Positions 27,936 to 41,178 of a stretch of DNA of 64,000 nucleotides are shown here, piece by piece. Below the pieces are notes generated by a model. That model saw nothing but the letters and a program-made list of their open reading frames with translations. It searched no databases and was not told where the DNA came from. Where the stretch lies: positions 69,378,001-69,442,000 of the forward strand of contig NC_043001.1 in the NCBI RefSeq assembly GCF_006345805.1, given 5' to 3'. Origin of the DNA: Octopus sinensis. Lineage: Eukaryota. Every line of letters starts with the position of its first letter. The first letter of the stretch is position 1. A program made the translations under genes and the position numbers.

Positions 27936-29248
27936 GTTAAGTTAAGTTAATTCTTTGGCTCAAAAGGCAAAAAGCAAGGCCATGTAGGGGGACATGGAGT
28001 TATGTACAGGGAGGGTGTTCATGCAAAGAGTTCAGGCCATTTATGGTCAAGAGAGACTTTGAACCGAGCGGTCGTTGGCATCTTCACTATCTCGTCCGGC
28101 AGCTTATTCCACGGATCCGCAACCCGGACGGAAAAAGCCCCTCTCCTTTGATTGAGGTGAAATCGTCGCAGATAGAGCTTTTCGGAGTGACCCCACAGCC
28201 GACGCTCTGGAGCAGGAGTGAGGAACAGCTCTTTCGGGAGGTTACACTTTCCGCTTATGATGTTGTGAGCGAGAATGAGATCACCACGGCGTCGTTGTTT
28301 TTCTATAGAATAAAGGTCGAGCGTCTTCAGCCTTTCTTCATAAGACAAATGCTTGAGACCAAGAACCATGCGGGTAGCCAGCTTCTGGACTCTTTCGAGA
28401 TGCTGTATGTCTTTGAGGAGATAAAGAGAAGAGCTTTGAATCCCGTACTTCAATATGGGTCTCACCAGCGTGACATAGAGCGGTAGGAATATGGCTGCTG
28501 TGAGCGTTCCGAATGACCATCGAATCAAAAACAGAACTCCGCGTGCTTTGTTGGCAGCATGGACGCACTGGGACAAAGGTGAAAAGGAAGAATCCACCAA
28601 GATACCTAGGTCCTTTACCTGGTCGGTCCTCTCTAGCAGCAGACAACCCGGCACGAAATCAAGTTGAGTTGCAGGAGAGGAGCCAACAGGCAGATGACAG
28701 CACTTTGACACGTTCAGACACAGGTGCATAGACCATCTTCAAACTTGGTGGAGGCATCGACGAAGATCGTCTATATTACCGCGAGGAGCGACCAGTTTGA
28801 CATCATCGGCAAATAGAAGGGTGTGTTGCGTGAGGTCGTCGGGCAAGTCATTTATGAAGACTAAAAACAATAAGGGCCCAAGCACTAAACCTTGAGGCAC
28901 GACACTGCTAGCACTGGAGACGTCGGACAGCGAACTATTAACTTGGACTTGGAAGGAGTGATCTGAGAGGAAGGCACCAACCCATCGTACAATATCCGGA
29001 TGGAAACTATATGCTTGAATCTTGACAAGTAATAGGCGGTATTTAACCGAGTCAAAAGCTTTGGCAAAGTCCAATAAAACGATGTCAACAGCATCACCCT
29101 CATCCAGGATACGCATCACCAATTCTTCCATTACCAGTAAGTTGGTCAAGCATGATCTCTTCGGCACGAAGCCGTGTTGGTAATCAGAGATAGAGGCTGT
29201 GTTTTGGAGGTGTAGCCACATACTTTTCTTAAGGATGGTTTTGAACAT
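27936..29248 (-). mobile_element. 5'-truncated CR1-like LINE
   Basis: QHGFVPKRSCLTNLL, LDFAKAFDSV, VPQGLVLGPLLFLVFINDL, LFADDVKL, KDLGILVD, LERVQKLAT, RRRGDLI, WNKLP; (TTAAC)n tail at 27936-27950. Confidence 0.95.
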
Positions 29249-29310
29249 ACTAGCGAATTAGCCTACCGGTCGATGTCAAATTCAAGAACTATTTATTTTA
29301 TGTAAATAAA

Positions 29311-29672
29311 CTTCCTTAGTCATTGCACGGTGATCGCCATATGCTTTAAGCTTATATAAATAACCTTATTATTACTGACAAGATTGTAAAACACGGTGCC
29401 GTATAACAAAACCATTCGCAACGAAAGCACATAGAAAGTTTGTTTGCATAAAACAAATACGTTCTAATATAGTTCTTAAATTTGACGTCATTAGGGAGGC
29501 TAATTTGCTGGTGTAAATGTAGCATACTTAATCGCGTTAACAAAGGGATGTGAATTCGAGTCCCACGCGAATAAGAAAGCTTTCTTTTTCTTTCTGTCGA
29601 GGGATTATATGCCCCTTTATTAGGGCATTTTCTTTAGTGATTGCACGGTGATCGCTTTAGCTTATATAAATA

Positions 29673-29676
<4 letters not shown>
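29311..29676 (-). repeat. ~310-bp unit with terminal redundancy, inverted relative to 27717-27935 plus 29250-29310
   Basis: CTTATATAAATA at 29351 and 29661 (period 310); reverse complement aligns by eye with the sequence flanking the CR1 insertion. Confidence 0.75.
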
Positions 29677-29723
<47 letters not shown>

Positions 29724-30379
29724 TGTGTGTGTAAATTTTTTAGAGTAATGCGAATATCTCAGTCTGGGCTACGGTTGGGGTATATTTCATCTGGATCTAC
29801 TTGAAGAATTCCACAGTAATAGTTGAAACAATAATAAGTAATGAAGGAAAGAGAAGACAAATTTTGTATTAGTCTTTATCCTAGAATCAGATATATCTTC
29901 CGCTTCTCTCATTAATTATTAATATATCTCCCTTGCTCACGTGGCTCCCACTTGACCGTTGGCCATCTTTCTTTCTTTCTCTCCGTTGTAGCTAGAACAA
30001 GGAAGACTTGTTCTTGTTTATCTCTTGCCCTAGCTTAATTCACGCGTTTTCCATCACAGCCATGTTTGTTTTTATCTTCCTGTTTGTGTTAACTATTTTG
30101 GCCATCGGTAAAATCCCAAATTTTATTTATTTTCCTTTGCGGGAGCAACTGTTTTATCGAGAGCGTATTGTTGTTAAATACTCGAAATACGAGACTAGAA
30201 AACCGCCAACAACTGATGAAGGGCCATTCTTTATGTTGTCTGTTTTGTATTCCTTTTGTGTCTTTCGTCGTTCGAAAGAATAGTTCATGTTCCATGTACC
30301 CGTGTTTCGTATTTTGGATGGACACGTTTCTTGACGTCCTGTGCCCACATATGCATATATATATCATGTTTTTATTTTG

Positions 30380-30479
<100 letters not shown>

Positions 30480-30704
30480 GTGCGTGTGTGTATGTATATG
30501 TGCGTATGTGTATGTATGTATATATGCATGTATTATGTGGCTTGTAAAATTTGAGGAATTAGCGAAGTCTCCAATGGCGAAGTCTGCGGAGTAGCGTTTG
30601 TATATATATGTAAATAAGAATATACGGTGGTGGTGATAGGGAATGATATCATCATGAGTAAACAAGGTTGTATTCCTTGCAAATGAGCATCGGCCACCCG
30701 GGAC

Positions 30705-30707
<3 letters not shown>

Positions 30708-30750
<43 letters not shown>

Positions 30751-30842
30751 TAATAATAAAACACCAAGAAGAAGAAGAAGAAGAAGAAGAAGAAGAAGAA
30801 GAAGAAGAAGAAGAAGAAGAAGAAGAGAAGAAAAGAAGAGAA
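30708..30842. repeat. (AAT)n-(AAG)n microsatellite
   Basis: Directly visible. Confidence 0.95.
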
Positions 30843-31648
30843 GTAATTGATTAGAAATGAGAAAATAAGGATTATCTTGATGACTTGGAAAGAAAAGAGA
30901 AACTAATCCATAGAAATGCGAAACGGCCGCCTACCTACAGATTATTAACCAATAAAATGAGACGCGAAACTAAACCATAGAAACAATGTTGGTTATGAAA
31001 CACGAGAAATACGTAAGGGGACGAATAATGATATATAATTGGATAGTTTCAAAACAACAATAACGTGGAGCAGTAATGAATAAACGTCGATGGCAGATCT
31101 CTCAATGGACCAACAGAAGAACTGCACCATAGCATGGACAATATTTCATGATGATACTTTTGAAAGTACATTAACAATGACATACAACAAAGCGATGTGA
31201 GCATCAATGTCAGCGGAATAAACCAGCTAATCAATACACAACCTGAAAACATTTCGTATAAAAACAACTACTAACCACAGACAATTAACGAATAGAACCA
31301 ACATACACAGAATGAAGAAAAATAATGGGAAGATCTTCCAATTCTTAAAATGAGATCGACAATGAATAAAAGGAAATATAAACAACTATACATAATTGAA
31401 TAAAAGACAAACGACAAAGCAATATAAACTACTTTCAAAAAAAGAATTGAAATAGCTGATATGAAGGAGGCTCTCAGAAAACATACATTCATTAAATCAC
31501 CAATAATCTGTCTTTAAAAAGACGGACAAATTTTTTTTTTTTGGTTTATGAGAAAACAAATATTTCGAATCCTTCACAAAACGTCGTCAGCGAAATCTAG
31601 GCAACGCTACATAGACATATATGCTACGCTGTATATATGGTAAGATAA

Positions 31649-32455
31649 TCTCTCTATATATAAACGGCAGTTTGTCTGTCTGTGTGTCTGTGTGTCTGTC
31701 AGGTTGTACCCTCACCCTGACCACGGCTTTCAACCGATTCTGATGAAACTTGACACACACATAGCCCAATGTCATAATTCAAAACTAACGCAGAGAAAAT
31801 TTTGAAAAGTTCCCCCAGTTCTGAAAAGAAATCGATAAATTCGACATGGGTCGAGAATCTAAGCTTTTTATATGCAACACATTTTCTACAGACTGTCATG
31901 GGGACGCAACTCGACCTTTTTAACTCTCGGAACACGTGGGGTAAGTATCCCAAAATGTATAAAAATGTACAAAAACGGCAAAAAGCGGGCAGCAATGTGA
32001 GTGACAACAACGAAAAAGTCAAAAGTGACCAAACTGAACAAACGAATGGAAAAGGTTTTTTTGGTGCACACGACAAAAGCGGTTTATAATAAACCAATAG
32101 TTTGCAAGTAGCGTCCGAGGACCCTTAGGGTACGTAAAAAAATTAAGGTAAAACGTTTGGGGTGGTAGTTATAAAGAAAGTGTAAACAAAAAAAGTATTC
32201 GAATAACTTGCGGCTGCAGCAGCTATTAGCAGAAGTGGCGGTGTTGGGGGTAAAGTCTCGTATGTAATTTCTTCCTGGTAGGAATTGGTTGGGTTGAACT
32301 ATCGATAGCTGTTTGATAGTTATTTGGGAGTGAAGAGAAGACATTGCAACCTACACATGCGCCTTCGTTCCCTAGATGGAAAGGACTAGATTGGGAATAG
32401 TCGTTGCCTACTAGGGGCTCTTACATACACGGGCAACGCCGGGCTATGCTGCTAG
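31649..32455 (+). mobile_element. Non-autonomous Helitron, complete termini
   Basis: Starts TC after A (31648), ends CTAG before T (32456), subterminal GC-rich hairpin CACGGGCAACGCCGGG, internal (GTCT)-type repeat near the 5' end, no target-site duplication (TSD). Confidence 0.88.
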
Positions 32456-32536
32456 TCTACATAGAAAACGGAAATGCTCAGTGAAGTTAATATGCATTCG
32501 TAAATACATGCATATACACATACCTCACAACCTCAC

Positions 32537-32592
<56 letters not shown>

Positions 32593-32635
32593 GTTTGTAT
32601 GTATGCATGAATGTATACACACACACATATATATA

Positions 32636-33172
32636 TAATCCAATAAAAGATGCGTTAAAGAATGTTCTTTGTTTTTTTCTTTTCATTGGTATATTTACTT
32701 TTGGCCAAACCCTATGACGGTATTTTTACACCACAAGTATTCCGGCGTTGGCTTGGATACCGACAGTTTTGATAGCTTAGTATTCCTGTTGAGTACTTTT
32801 CTGGAAGTACTCCCAACTGACTTTGTACATGTATATCAGGTCAAACCATATGTTCAGTCCGAATTTACCATTTTCAAAATTAAATGAAATTTAATAGGAA
32901 TTTAGAATGTCTAATGGAATCAAAAATTATTTTTATGCATTTTTGTACATTTAAACTAATTAAATATTATTTTACAGAATAACAGAAGTAAAATTTCTTT
33001 GATTCAAACACTTTTCTAACATGGAAGTATCCAAAGAGCATTTGAGGCACATAATGCTTTATGAGTACAAAAAAAGGAAACTCTGCAGCCGAAGCGCCTC
33101 GAAACATACACTCAGTTTATGGGAAAGAATGCTTGAATGAATAAACTTGCAAAAATTGGTTTACAAAATTTG
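32636..33172 (+). mobile_element. mariner 5' fragment
   Basis: From ATG 33021: MEVSKEHLRHIMLYEYKK/GNSAAEAPRNIHSVYGKECLNE*TCKNWFTKF, the mariner HTH N-terminus; upstream boundary uncertain. Confidence 0.85.
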
Positions 33173-33635
33173 CACTACCCCTTCCTCTATGTATGAATAG
33201 AAAATTTGTTTGTTTGTCTCCATTGAACCAAGAAAATAAACCCGCTCCCCACTGATAAATCTAAATAACAAAGTGAACTGAGTGATAACAAATCTACAGG
33301 TGGAGAAGGACATTCTACTACCATGTTGTTAATGATGAAATTAACCACTCTGTCTATATATCTACCCTCTTTGTAATGTTGGCAAATGAAATAAATATAA
33401 AAATGCATTGTTCATTTAATTAAAAAATTCAATATGCGGATGAAGATTGCTCGACATTTTAAAACTGATGTAATACTTACAGTGTTTAATAAAATGAAGT
33501 AGCATGAAACGATTGTACTACACTACCTTGGATATCCTTGTTGCTTATTTTGATTATAATCACCCCATTTGATTTATATGGATAAGAATATTAGTTCATC
33601 ATTGAAACATATAGGTATATATATTATATACATGC

Positions 33636-33710
<75 letters not shown>

Positions 33711-33729
33711 TATATGTATATGTATATGC

Positions 33730-33774
<45 letters not shown>

Positions 33775-33873
33775 TGTGTGGTGTGTGTTTCTTTGTCTCT
33801 GTATACATATGTATATACAAAGTATGTACAATTGTATGTCAATATATATGCATTCATGTAATAATATATATGA

Positions 33874-33927
<54 letters not shown>

Positions 33928-34342
33928 ATGTGTGTGTGTATGTATGTATATAATATTAATATGTATATAACAGTTTGACACGAATCCACAAAGCTTACAG
34001 TTTTCCTGGCTTATTAAGCCAACGTAGCTCGTTAGACTATACAACTCAAGTTCTTGCATATGGCTACTGCAGAAAGGATGTCTTGCTGTCCTGAGAACGA
34101 AATGAGAATTGCTTGCGATAACAGAAGCCTATCTACGTGTGCCAGTGGATATACCTCCTACATGCATGCATATTGATGAATCTGGTGTATATGCATGTGT
34201 GTCTTATGTATGTACGTAAGTGTCAGGTGACGTCATCGGCTCTTTGGTTCGTATTTGCATAAGTGCCCCAGTTTGTGCATCTAGTGCATGTGTACATGTG
34301 TGTGTATTACCTATCTGTGTGTGCTTAGACATATCTATCTGT

Positions 34343-34404
<62 letters not shown>

Positions 34405-34599
34405 AATCTAGCTATTTATCGATCTATCGATTTATCTATCTATGTATTTATCTATCTATCTGTTTATCTATCTACCAATATCTCTCTCTTTATATATATA
34501 TAAGTATATATATATATAATTTAAAATGGCAGCTTATTAGCAATTAGAACCTAAAAGCAAAATGCATATAGGTAAAAATAAATTACAAAAGTTACTGAC

Positions 34600-35020
34600 T
34601 GGCATCACTTTTGCTAAATAGAATAGTTAAACTAAATCAAAAACCACAATAGCATATACCTTAATGACTGACAAAGGTATGTAAGTCCTCAGCGTACATG
34701 GATCACGATTTCGGATTTTGATGTAGTCCATGTTGATCCTCATTAGCGGCTCTTAACACCTAGGGTTAAACTTATCTACCGCTGTCAACTTATAACAAAA
34801 TCCGTTGAAAACATGTTCTTCATCTTCAAAACGGTGGTTTATAATCAATTGGAACCTAAAGGCAAAAATAATAGAGATTACAACATGGTCTACATCAAAA
34901 TCTGAAATGGCCATCCTATTATGTACGCTGGGGACGTAACTCCCTTTGGCAGTCTTTAGGTTGAGTGCTTTTGTGGCTTTTGAGTTATTTTAACTCTTAT
35001 TTTTAGCAAAACCGTTGCAG
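34600..35020. repeat. Diverged inverted repeat with decayed HHR
   Basis: Arms about 34600-34745 and 34875-35020; minus strand CTAATGA-GGAT...ATCC-GAAA...CATGTA-CGCT at 34691-34750. Confidence 0.7.
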
Positions 35021-35272
35021 ACGTTTAAAGTAAGGAACGCACACAAACTAATGTAGTGAATATTTTAGAAGTAGATGTGAAAGTGTTATTTTCACCTGAA
35101 GATCCCAGAGTATATTAGTCATGCAGAGGGTGAAATCATTTGGTATTGTAATACATGTTAGTTACTGATGTAGTTAACGCAAAGGTAAGCCTATTTCTAA
35201 TGTGTTCATTGCATTGCTGGTGTGAATCGTTATTGTGAGTTGATGGTGGTTTTGGAGCCTTGACTATATATA

Positions 35273-35524
35273 TATATCGCATAAAAGATCGTGGGTAAGG
35301 CTAAAACAATGCGAAGTAAATGCAAGGTAAATCACAAGAAAACATGTGAATTAATATAGACTTACCCTGTATACAATAATTCGTCAATTTCTTGAAAATG
35401 AGTTCATAACCCCGAAATATTGGATACAAGGTAAATCTACATTAATTCATATATTTTTCTTGTGATATCTCTTGCATTTACTTCGCATTGTTTTAGCCTT
35501 ACTCGCGATCTTTTATACAATATA
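35273..35524. repeat. Inverted repeat, ~110-bp arms, ~30-bp spacer
   Basis: TAAGGCTAAAACAATGCGAAGTAAATGCAAG versus CTTGCATTTACTTCGCATTGTTTTAGCCTTA. Confidence 0.9.
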
Positions 35525-36049
35525 TTGTAGTTAATGCTTCATAGTAATTATTCCATATATTTTTTTATAGATTATTCACATTTTGTTTATAGATTATTAA
35601 CATAGTATTTGTAAATATTATTTTATTTGGAACAGTATATATTTCTAACATAGTGTTTGTAAATTTTTGTATATTTTTGTATATCTTTTATATTTTTATT
35701 CCTTACTTTATTCGTGTAACTTTTATTTCTGTAACTTTTTATCTTTATTTGAATTTTTATCTGAATTATGGCTTGTACTGTAGAGTCCAGCGAAACTAAT
35801 TTAAACATACCTATTTACACATATTTAAGTGTTTAAAAAAATTAAAATATAGTTTATTGTATTGAACGTTGATAAAGTTATATAAGGGCCTGATGATCGG
35901 GCTGGCATCTTGAGAGGGGTTCCAGGGAAACACGGAGTCCTTGCAAAAGCAAGGATCTTCTATTGTAATCCCCTTTAAAATGTCTCCACACCAATAGCTA
36001 AATTATTTTTCAAAATACTGCAAAAAGACTTCCAACTGAACTACAAATA

Positions 36050-36535
36050 TTACAAACTGATACACGAATACAAGATAAAATTGTTATACTCCACTAGCAA
36101 CAACTTTAAAAATATTATAGCCAAGTACAACCACCAGCGTGGCAAACCTAAAACATAGACACAAAAACGATTGCAATTGTAGAACTCTTTCATACTGCCA
36201 TCGAGGGGAACAAATCCCAAATATAATCACGAAAAGGAGACCGACTACTATAACTACGGACATAGGATCTACAAGAAACCAGATCAAGGGACGATAGAGT
36301 CAATTAGCGCACCGTGTTCACAATCCAAGCAGAGAAAGTGATACGTCACTATACAAATATATATGGCAATTGATATCTCAAAACATTGTTGGGCATCAAT
36401 TGAAAAATACTTTCACATGCACAAGAAAATCAAGGTAATAAGAATGTCAAATTTGTACTAAAGAATCTGATCACATTCTAACATATATGAACCAAATTCT
36501 GAATGAAAATTCGAACTGCTCTTTTCATTCAAGCC
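36050..36535 (+). pseudogene. Decayed PLE GIY-YIG endonuclease region
   Basis: DCNCR...C, NII, IGSTRNQIKGR, DTSLYKYIWQL, CQICTKESDHIL, ILN. Confidence 0.75.
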
Positions 36536-38135
36536 CAATCTCATGAAAACTCTAAAACACTCTTGAAACAAACAATCTTTTCTAATGGTTAAACTTAATA
36601 CCTCAGAAACTCCCCTCTATCTACCTACTCTGTAAACAATAAAACACACCATTACATCTTTACATTTTTACAGTTTTAGATTAAGCAAATACTTTGGATA
36701 TTATGTTTCCCCAACTAAAATATTTACAAAATATGTTATAACTACACAAAACTACATACACACATAATAAAAAGAGAGACCCATTTCCTTCTTCCGTTTG
36801 TTTTTTAAATTTCATTTTATTCCCATTTTCATATATGAATATATACACACCTTGTATGATGCCTCCACTTTAGTATATATCTAAACAGAATGTTTGAAGA
36901 AACTATACACAAAGAGGAAACAAACGCTATCTTAATAAAAGACAAGGTCACAATTCCTATATAGTAATCAAATTCCTTAGAAGAACGAACACCTAGAGAT
37001 ATACATATAAACATACAATCTTTGCCTAAATACTTTTGCGAAAATCAAAGCACAAGAGAAACAATTTTCTATAATAGCAAGGACATGATATACCTGACTA
37101 ATAAACCCCATTTTACTACCTACCTACAGTCTTTTGTAAAAATAAGTGACACTCCTAATTACAAAGAGCGTAAATATTGGACCTGTTTACATTTTAACTT
37201 TACTTTGTCAGAGCAAAAACTTAAATATAATAATACAAATAGCAACAAAAATACTGCTACACACACTGCGTTCCCAACAAAATAGAAACACCTGCACGTT
37301 TGTATACAAAATTCTACATCCATGAATACATTAAAAAGTAGCATAACCCCATATTTAGTAAATAAAAAATTTCCCTTAATCATGTCTCCATAGTAACCCA
37401 ACCTAAAGACCTAATTACTTCTCCACTGAAACCCACGTACTCAAGGAAGATTTTAATTTAACAGCGACTATGTAAAGGCAAGACTATCATACATTTTTGT
37501 GTATATTAAGTGTGTATACTTGTTAATAAATCGTGTTAATATAGATTTCTTGCGCATGTGCATGAAGTGGGAGTTGTTAATAGAGCTGTACATCTTTACA
37601 CTAATATATCTCAACATATACTTATAATATCTAATAATTTTATATCGCTTTGTTTGTTTCCCTCTTATATATTTCCGTTATATAAATCGTAGAACTTTTC
37701 ACGTTTTATGAGTTTTCAACATTTTAACAGTAATTTTTGTTTCAAGTATAATAGAATTATCCCAAAGTCTTTGGTCAATGTGCTTGCCTTTACCTTTCAT
37801 TAATATATATTATTTATCGCCCTTCCACATCTCTCTGCGCCCTTAAAATGCTCCCAGGTTCCTTAAGAAAAGCCATTCCTTAAGAAAAGCCATTGATGGT
37901 AGTAAATTATGATAAAATAAACTTATAAGTTTGTTATGAACAGATCATGCAGATGAATGCAAATTGATTTACGGATTTTCCTGTATTTTTCATTTAATAA
38001 TAATTCATTTATTGCTGATAATTTTGCCTTTAAGTGGTCCACATATGAATATATAATACTGCGTTTGATGCGTTTGTTTCTTTGCGTTTTAGTATACTTG
38101 ATGTGAATAAATGCAAATAGTTCACACACATACAC

Positions 38136-38316
<181 letters not shown>

Positions 38317-38973
38317 CAATGAATAATTTCCGAACAACCAAACAAGATTGAAAAGATTTATCGTTTTCTGTGATTCATATACACGTATATTTACACACAG
38401 TAATATCAATATAATTGAAGATTTATGCATATATGTACACACTCACATATACATATACTTTTGTATGTATTTATAGATATATACGCACACACATACACAC
38501 TCACATATATGCATCTATGTAATGTATGTATATATAGACTGTCATTCAGGTAAGAGATAAACAGACTTGGTCTCGTCTGCCCGAAGATTCTTAATATATT
38601 TTAAAATTTTAATGTGTTACTATGAAAAAAGTCGAATTTTGTGAAACGTGTGCTATATAGATTTAGAGAGTGTTTTATTTATGATCTATTATATTGTGTT
38701 ATTTCCTAGCAGTCTTCCGTCACCAAAAGATATAAAATACATTTTTTCTTGTTAATGTTATATCGCTATATAATAAAAGTTAGTAATATTCGGAATCTTC
38801 TGAATATGGTTTTATGTAAGAACGCTTATAGAGAAATATTTATTGCAAAAAAGCCCCCGCTTTCTAGAAGTTTATGCTCTCCATATATATCAGAAATGCT
38901 ACGAAATCACGTTCGTTGCGACTCGTTCCTTCGGATTGTGAAATTGACACTAAGTCTCCCTTTCACTCTCTAC

Positions 38974-39020
<47 letters not shown>

Positions 39021-39231
39021 ACCTCAGTAAAAATATATTCATATTATCGCCCAAGGCCAAGAAATTTAGGCCAAAATGTTAGTCGATGACATTGAAGTCA
39101 ATAATTTAGCAATACCTAAATTATATACTCCGAAAAGATGATAGGCGAATTTGAATCCGGCGGGATTTGGACAAAGAACGTAAAATGTTGAAACCTTTTG
39201 TTCTCGCACTAATAATTCTGTCAGTGAGTAG

Positions 39232-39288
<57 letters not shown>

Positions 39289-40644
39289 TGTGAGTGTGAG
39301 TTTGTGTAGGAAAATAGAGACATAGCTTTCAGTTATATTTCTGGAAAAAGTTATTTTAATGTAATGGTGTTCTAACAATATTATATTATTATATTTACTT
39401 GGAAGTTTCATTTTAATTACTGAAATTCAAACCTTAATACGTTTAATCTATGCGATTAAATTTAATTTGTAAATAACAGAATATAAAATCTATAATATTT
39501 CATTAAAGTTTTGAAGTAAATAATTGTATTTTCTTATCTATTTCTATCGTTGCTGCTCTGTTTTAATTAAGTGATATATCTACAGGAAAATATTTCCAAT
39601 TTATTACTAAATATGATTTCCATCTCCATCTCTGTCTCTGTCTCCTTCTGCAAAATCACTCTCTCAACCTCTTTTTAACTTCTTTCTCTCATTCCTACAA
39701 GGAACTTGCAAATAACTTCCAAATTACTATTCGATATTCACGTCTGTTGTTCTTTATATTATATATAACGCATTGTAACTACCAACATCTAAATACTAAC
39801 CGATACAGATACACGCACACGCACGCAAACATACACTCGCTTAGATCGTGTATGTATGTGTACCTGCATATGCTTGTATATATACAAACACACACGCGCA
39901 CACGTACATGCACACAAACACGCACACGCGCACACACACCACACACACATACACACAAACACACACATATGAAGAAAAGAAGAGTATTTCCATGCTGAAA
40001 ATAATATTGGTGAATCTGTTTGGGGATTTGAAGATGGATCTGAATCTCAAAACGTTTTTCAATTTTATATCAGATTCATGAAAACACCAAACCGGTTCCA
40101 GAATTTCTTGTTTATGAATGGTAAAATGCAAAAATAAATAAGGGATAGGGATTAGGAGAGGTAAAATTTACAAGTGAATATTCAGAAAAAAGTGCTTAAA
40201 TGATCAAATGTTCTTACAAATACCAGTGAGTTTCAGAGATAGACAGTAATACAAGTTAAAATATTCGGTGATGTTCATAAGTCATACATGATTGAAAAAC
40301 GAGTTTATCTTATACTTTTTAAAAAACCTTATCGTATCTAATTCTTAAACTAGTACAATACTACTAAACTGTCAATATGTGTGTGTGTATTTTAATGACC
40401 TGTAGGAACACCGTATTTCGTTATGCAACTATAGTACACTACGAAGTATATTAAACGGTTTTATAAGTCAATATCGTGTTCTACTCTGTTACCAGAGCTA
40501 TTACATTGCTTGTTAAGGTCATCTCTACAGATTTTCTATAGACGTTATAGTCAACACAGACTTTTTTATTGGCATATAAAAGCGTTTAATGTATTTTATT
40601 GTTCAGTTCTATATTTGAGTGATGAGGAATTATGTATATTATTT

Positions 40645-40808
40645 ACATTATTTACATTTCAGGGATATTTGTCATCTTGTTTGTTGTTAACTTGACGTTT
40701 CGGCTGATGTACTCTCCAGCCTTCATAAGGTGTCCTGGGGGAATTTCGAAACTGGGTTCTCATTCTTAAGGTATTTTTCCGATGTTGTTGTTGTTGTTAT
40801 TATTATTA

Positions 40809-40850
<42 letters not shown>

Positions 40851-40976
40851 TCACTGCCTGGAATCGAACTCGGGATCTTAACCACTACGCCATATGCTCG
40901 TGGGCATATGGCGTATTGGTCAAGAGCGCCGGCTACTAACCCCAATATTCCCAGTTCGATTCCAGGCAGTGACCTA

Positions 40977-41047
<71 letters not shown>

Positions 41048-41178
41048 CTTCGGAGAAATAAGAACCCAGGTTCGAAATTCCCCCGGGATACCTGATGAAG
41101 GCTGGAGAGTACATCAGCCGAAATGTTGTGTTAACAGCAAACAAAATGGGGACAAATCTCCGTCAAATGTAAATAACG
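40645..41178. mobile_element. Head-to-head pair of tRNA-like head + (AAT)n + HHR tail units
   Basis: Centre CATATGCTCGTGGGCATATG (40891-40910); A box 40909-40919, B box GTTCGATTCC 40954-40963; HHR at 41087-41132 (+) and about 40689-40734 (-). Confidence 0.85.
41087..41132 (+). ncRNA. Minimal type I hammerhead motif
   Basis: GATAC-CTGATGA-A-GGCTG(GAGAGTACAT)CAGCC-GAAA-TGTT-GTGTT; stem I GATAC/GTGTT; stem III has no loop (sister copy reads GAAACGT). Confidence 0.65.

Noticed and set aside
30213-30225. CTGATGAAGGG, HHR-like box
   Set aside because: No downstream stem II plus GAAA; incomplete
37859-37894. 17-bp tandem duplication TTCCTTAAGAAAAGCCA; similar short direct repeat near 50305-50346
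   Set aside because: Two copies only; ordinary slippage or repair duplication, not a CRISPR-like array
40902-40975. Possible tRNA gene
   Set aside because: Acceptor and T stems do not pair properly, no oligo-T terminator, embedded in a repeat unit; treated as a SINE-like head
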